A DNA stretch of 64,000 nucleotides from Chloropicon primus (taxonomy: Eukaryota), in the NCBI GenBank assembly GCA_023205875.1, contig CP060763.1, positions 496,001-560,000 of the forward strand. Direction: 5' to 3'. Shown in pieces: positions 60,844 to 64,000 of this stretch. Below the pieces are notes generated by a model, which saw nothing but the letters and a program-made list of their open reading frames with translations, searched no databases and was not told the DNA's origin. The translations under genes and the position numbers were made by a program. Position 1 is the stretch's first letter, and each line of letters starts with the position of its first letter.

Positions 60844-61864
60844 ATGGGACTGGGTGGGTGGGTGGGCTTGTTCCTCCTGCTCGCTTGCGTTTTCGGGTCT
60901 GTTGCAGCAGAAGTGGCGAACCAGACGAGGTCTCTGCCTTCCTATGTGAGCAGTGACGCGATGTGGATGCCACCGGCGAGCGGGGGGCCTCTCGCACCCA
61001 TCGTCCTGGTTGGGAACGGACCTGTGAGTGCTGAACCTCGAACCCCCATGCTATTTTGATTCCCCACGTCCCTCCGGAGAGACAACTGACACTTGACGGC
61101 TCGAACTCTTTCCTTCCGCTCTTGTAGAGCGTGTTGACCAAGCACTACATCAATGGGTCGACCCTGGGAGAGATAGTCGACACTTATGAGGAAGTGGGAA
61201 GGTTCAACTTGCACAAGACCAAGGGGTTCGAGCAGCTCGTGGGGAGCAAGACCACTATCTGTTTCATGGGTCAGCTGAAGCGCCCGCAGAAGCAGAAGCC
61301 CTTCTGCCCACGATACATCGTGCCGGTGGTTGCCGTGGAGAAGTCAAAGCATCACAAGAAAGTGAACAGGGGGACGATCAAGCAGGTCGTCAAGCGGTTC
61401 TACAGCAGCAAAGGCTTGGCGAACAAAATGGAGTTCATGACGGACCACGTCCAGAAGGCTCTGAAGAACAAGTACAAGCTCAAGGCCGGGCCGAGCACGG
61501 GGATTCAGGCCATCTTGTACTGCGTGCAGAAGTACAAGAAAGTCGCGATAGCTGGGTTTGACTTTTTGCGAGGTGACCACAAGCACTACTTTGAGAAGAA
61601 GAAGAAGAAGAACACGAGTCACGACATGAAGGGGGAGGTAAGGCCATCGGCGACATCACGCACACGCACACGCAGAGAGAGAGAGAGAGAGAGAGAGAAG
61701 CGGCCTCGCTTCTCGTTGCACTTCCAGGGATGATGATCAGCGAACTGACACACAAGAACATCGTCCATCGTTCCGTTTTCCTCGCGTCGTCGTCGTCGCA
61801 GGCGAATGTAATTTTATCGTTGGAGAGCGAAGGAAAGCTGTTCATCATCGACAAGTACAAGTAG
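60844..61864 (+). CDS. Divergent GT29-like glycosyltransferase; exons 60844-61023, 61128-61637, 61802-61864
   Basis: Degenerate sialylmotifs IVLVGNGPS...VDTYEEVGRFN...VGSKTT, PSTGIQAI...IAGFDF, HYFE and HDMKGE; splice sites in frame. Confidence 0.8.
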
Positions 61865-61895
61865 TGGGTTGAGGTGGCGTGCAACCCCTGCTCCA

Positions 61896-63635
61896 TTATT
61901 TAAGATATTTCTTGTTCGCGGCAATAGCTTTTTGTGTGCCCACACCGGCATGGAAGCCGCTGAACATGGTGTAAAAGTACTGATTGTTTCTGATCTCTGT
62001 TCTCCTCCTCATGTTCCATATCTTCGAGTTGGCACGCGTTCCCGCGGCCTTGCTGTGGCTTCTCATGAAGTTCGAGTACATCAGACCCACCTGGTAATTG
62101 TTGTACCACAACCGTATCGAGTACTCAAAGTCAAAGCCGATGCCTGGATCCCCGGGGCACGACAAGTTCTTGTTGAAGCCGCCAAGCTCGAGGAAGACGT
62201 CTCTCTTGAGGACCAAAGGCGCGGCGTTGACTTTGTACATGAACATCATCTTCAGGTTCGTCTTCGGATCCTTCAACGTGATGTCCTTGAATTTGTGGCC
62301 CTTCCTCGACGGAGTGCCGTACTTCTCGCCCGTGACCTGCCCTGTCGACTTGTCGAAACTCCTGCCCACGTCCAGTCTCCCCCTGTGCCCCCCAATCATC
62401 CCCAACCCCGGAAAGCTGTTGAAGACTTTGAACATGTCGCTGAGCCACACCACGTCTTTCGGCTTGTCGTCGTCCTGAAGCATCACCAAATACTTCCCTC
62501 TCGCGTATTGGCCCAGTCGAGTATACCCACGAATCTCGTGGATGTTGGGCGCGTGAACGATGTGGAACCTCTCGTCGGCCCACCTCATGAAGGAGTTGTG
62601 CGCCGTGTCCCCGTCGTTGTTGATCAAGATCTCGGCATCAAACTTCTTCAGTCGGGTCACGAGCTGCTGAACCATGTGGTCTCTCCTGAAGAACTGCACG
62701 ATCAAGGTCATCTTGACCTCCTTCCCGCCGTGGCCCTGCGAGCACTCGGGAGAGCTGTCACAGATTCTTGTAACGCCGCTGATGCAAGACCCCGTCTTGT
62801 CCTCGACTGCATACTTGCTCCCTTCGCGGTATGCTTTGAGCCCAGCGGAATGCGTGGCGAAAAGGAGCCCCTGAGCGATCCCGCACTGCGAGAAGCACCA
62901 CCGGTGCTCCCCCACGCCACCTTTGGTGTATATCGCGTGCCTAGCGATGATGTAGGGGCCGTACAGCTCCTCGGCCCCGTCCGCGGCGGCAAAGGGTTCA
63001 GATCCCTCGGCAGAGAAGAAGGCGCCACCCTTGGCGAGCTTCAGTTTCTCGTACGAACTCTTGAGCCACGACACGCTGCTGGAGGTGATCTCAAAGTCCT
63101 TGTTCAGGTATATGACGTGGTCTGCCGCTGCAATCTTCACGAGCCTCTCGAAGGCTTCGACCTCAGTGAAGGTCCTCTTCGAGTAAATGAGGAAGTCGTT
63201 CGGGCCGCTTAGCTTTGACCGCCACTCCTTGTAATTCGCACCCGAGCTTGGGCCGTCCCACGCCGCTATGAACTCTGCTCCAGGAAAAGCCTTCTGGAGA
63301 ATCGCCATCTGTCCAGACTTCTCCGGCCTCCACAGGAGTAGGCCAACCGGGGGGTAATCCTTGTACTTGCTGGTGCAACTGTTCCTCAAGTACGCCTTCT
63401 CCCTGGGCTCCCACAGTCTATCCTTCACCACGCAGCTCTCGTTCGAGACGCGCGGACTGCTCCCAGTGATTGGCGGTGGGTTGGGCGGATGGTTCAATCG
63501 TTTTGGAACATGACCACCGCTGCTCCTTCCCCGTCTACTGCCCTTTCGCTTTCCGCTCCTTCCCACGACCGGTTGGGGTGCGGCAAGGACGGAAACGAGA
63601 AGCGCAAGGACCACAAGACCTCGGAGCTTCCACAT
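61896..63635 (-). CDS. Secretory GT2-like glycosyltransferase
   Basis: Signal peptide; motifs ILINNDG, ARGKYLVMLQDDD, RDVFLELGGF and DFEYSIRLW. Confidence 0.78.
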   Translation of the reverse strand: MWKLRGLVVLALLVSVLAAPQPVVGRSGKRKGSRRGRSSGGHVPKRLNHPPNPPPITGSSPRVSNESCVVKDRLWEPREKAYLRNSCTSKYKDYPPVGLLLWRPEKSGQMAILQKAFPGAEFIAAWDGPSSGANYKEWRSKLSGPNDFLIYSKRTFTEVEAFERLVKIAAADHVIYLNKDFEITSSSVSWLKSSYEKLKLAKGGAFFSAEGSEPFAAADGAEELYGPYIIARHAIYTKGGVGEHRWCFSQCGIAQGLLFATHSAGLKAYREGSKYAVEDKTGSCISGVTRICDSSPECSQGHGGKEVKMTLIVQFFRRDHMVQQLVTRLKKFDAEILINNDGDTAHNSFMRWADERFHIVHAPNIHEIRGYTRLGQYARGKYLVMLQDDDKPKDVVWLSDMFKVFNSFPGLGMIGGHRGRLDVGRSFDKSTGQVTGEKYGTPSRKGHKFKDITLKDPKTNLKMMFMYKVNAAPLVLKRDVFLELGGFNKNLSCPGDPGIGFDFEYSIRLWYNNYQVGLMYSNFMRSHSKAAGTRANSKIWNMRRRTEIRNNQYFYTMFSGFHAGVGTQKAIAANKKYLK

Positions 63636-64000
63636 GACCCCTCTTCCAAAACCTCTCCTTCGCCTGAACACAAACTCTAGTTGTCAAGCTGTCCTCCCAA
63701 ACAAACGCTTTGTCACTCACCACCACCACATGGGTGGTTCTCTCGCTTCGGCACGAAAGAAGGCCTGGTGTTGCCAAGCCAAGGCCTCGTCCGACGAATG
63801 CTCTCTTGCCCACTGGCTGCTAGAAGTCTCCTCCTCTGTCGTTCTCGGACGGGCGGCCACCACCTTGGCCTTGATCCAATAGATCTTTGCTCTGACCAAG
63901 GTGGACGGTTCGTTCGAGAGGGCAGAGGAAGCAAGAGGACTCGTGGAGGAGTGAGGAGGGGGCAACTTGTCCCAATCGTTACGAGGGAGAGAGCGTGCGA

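Noticed and set aside
90..63212. Many long overlapping antisense or alternate-frame ORFs (e.g. 90-1025, 1515-2984, 12665-14074, 49472-51046, 61869-63212)
   Set aside because: Shadows of real genes caused by high GC3; they have no recognisable motifs and L/V/R-biased composition.

Overview
Gene-dense, GC-rich eukaryotic nuclear DNA with short GT-AG introns, CTGAC branch points and microsatellite-rich UTRs. It is most consistent with a compact green picoalga, probably Chloropicon-like (inference from gene content and style, not verified). About 29 intact protein genes can be modelled. Housekeeping genes include pyruvate kinase, PDH E1-beta, aspartate carbamoyltransferase, 3-hydroxybutyryl-CoA dehydrogenase, RsmG, NDUFAF5, OSBP, a TBC GAP, WDR91, BolA and Lifeguard. 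There is a set of basal-body/ciliary-type genes (TMEM237-like, CCDC66/CSPP1-like, CEP164-type WW-IQ, two SF-assemblin-like), a possible MEI1/PRD1 meiotic gene, and four secretory glycosyltransferases near the right end. The outstanding anomaly is a ~6.3 kb island (~36780-43070) stitched from fragments of at least five unrelated host genes. The fragments left of ~39.9 kb are on the + strand and those right of it on the - strand. Embedded among them is one intact, compositionally foreign ORF encoding a putative AP2-like + tandem PD-(D/E)XK endonuclease with its own TATA/E2F-like promoter. This is a candidate gene-fragment-capturing mobile element or a nuclease-associated repair scar. Smaller oddities are a 26-bp duplication that frameshifts the pyruvate kinase C-terminus, a perfect 34-bp palindrome inside rsmG, a 7x126-bp coding tandem repeat and a shared promoter motif. 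All family assignments are by motif recognition only; no searches were run.
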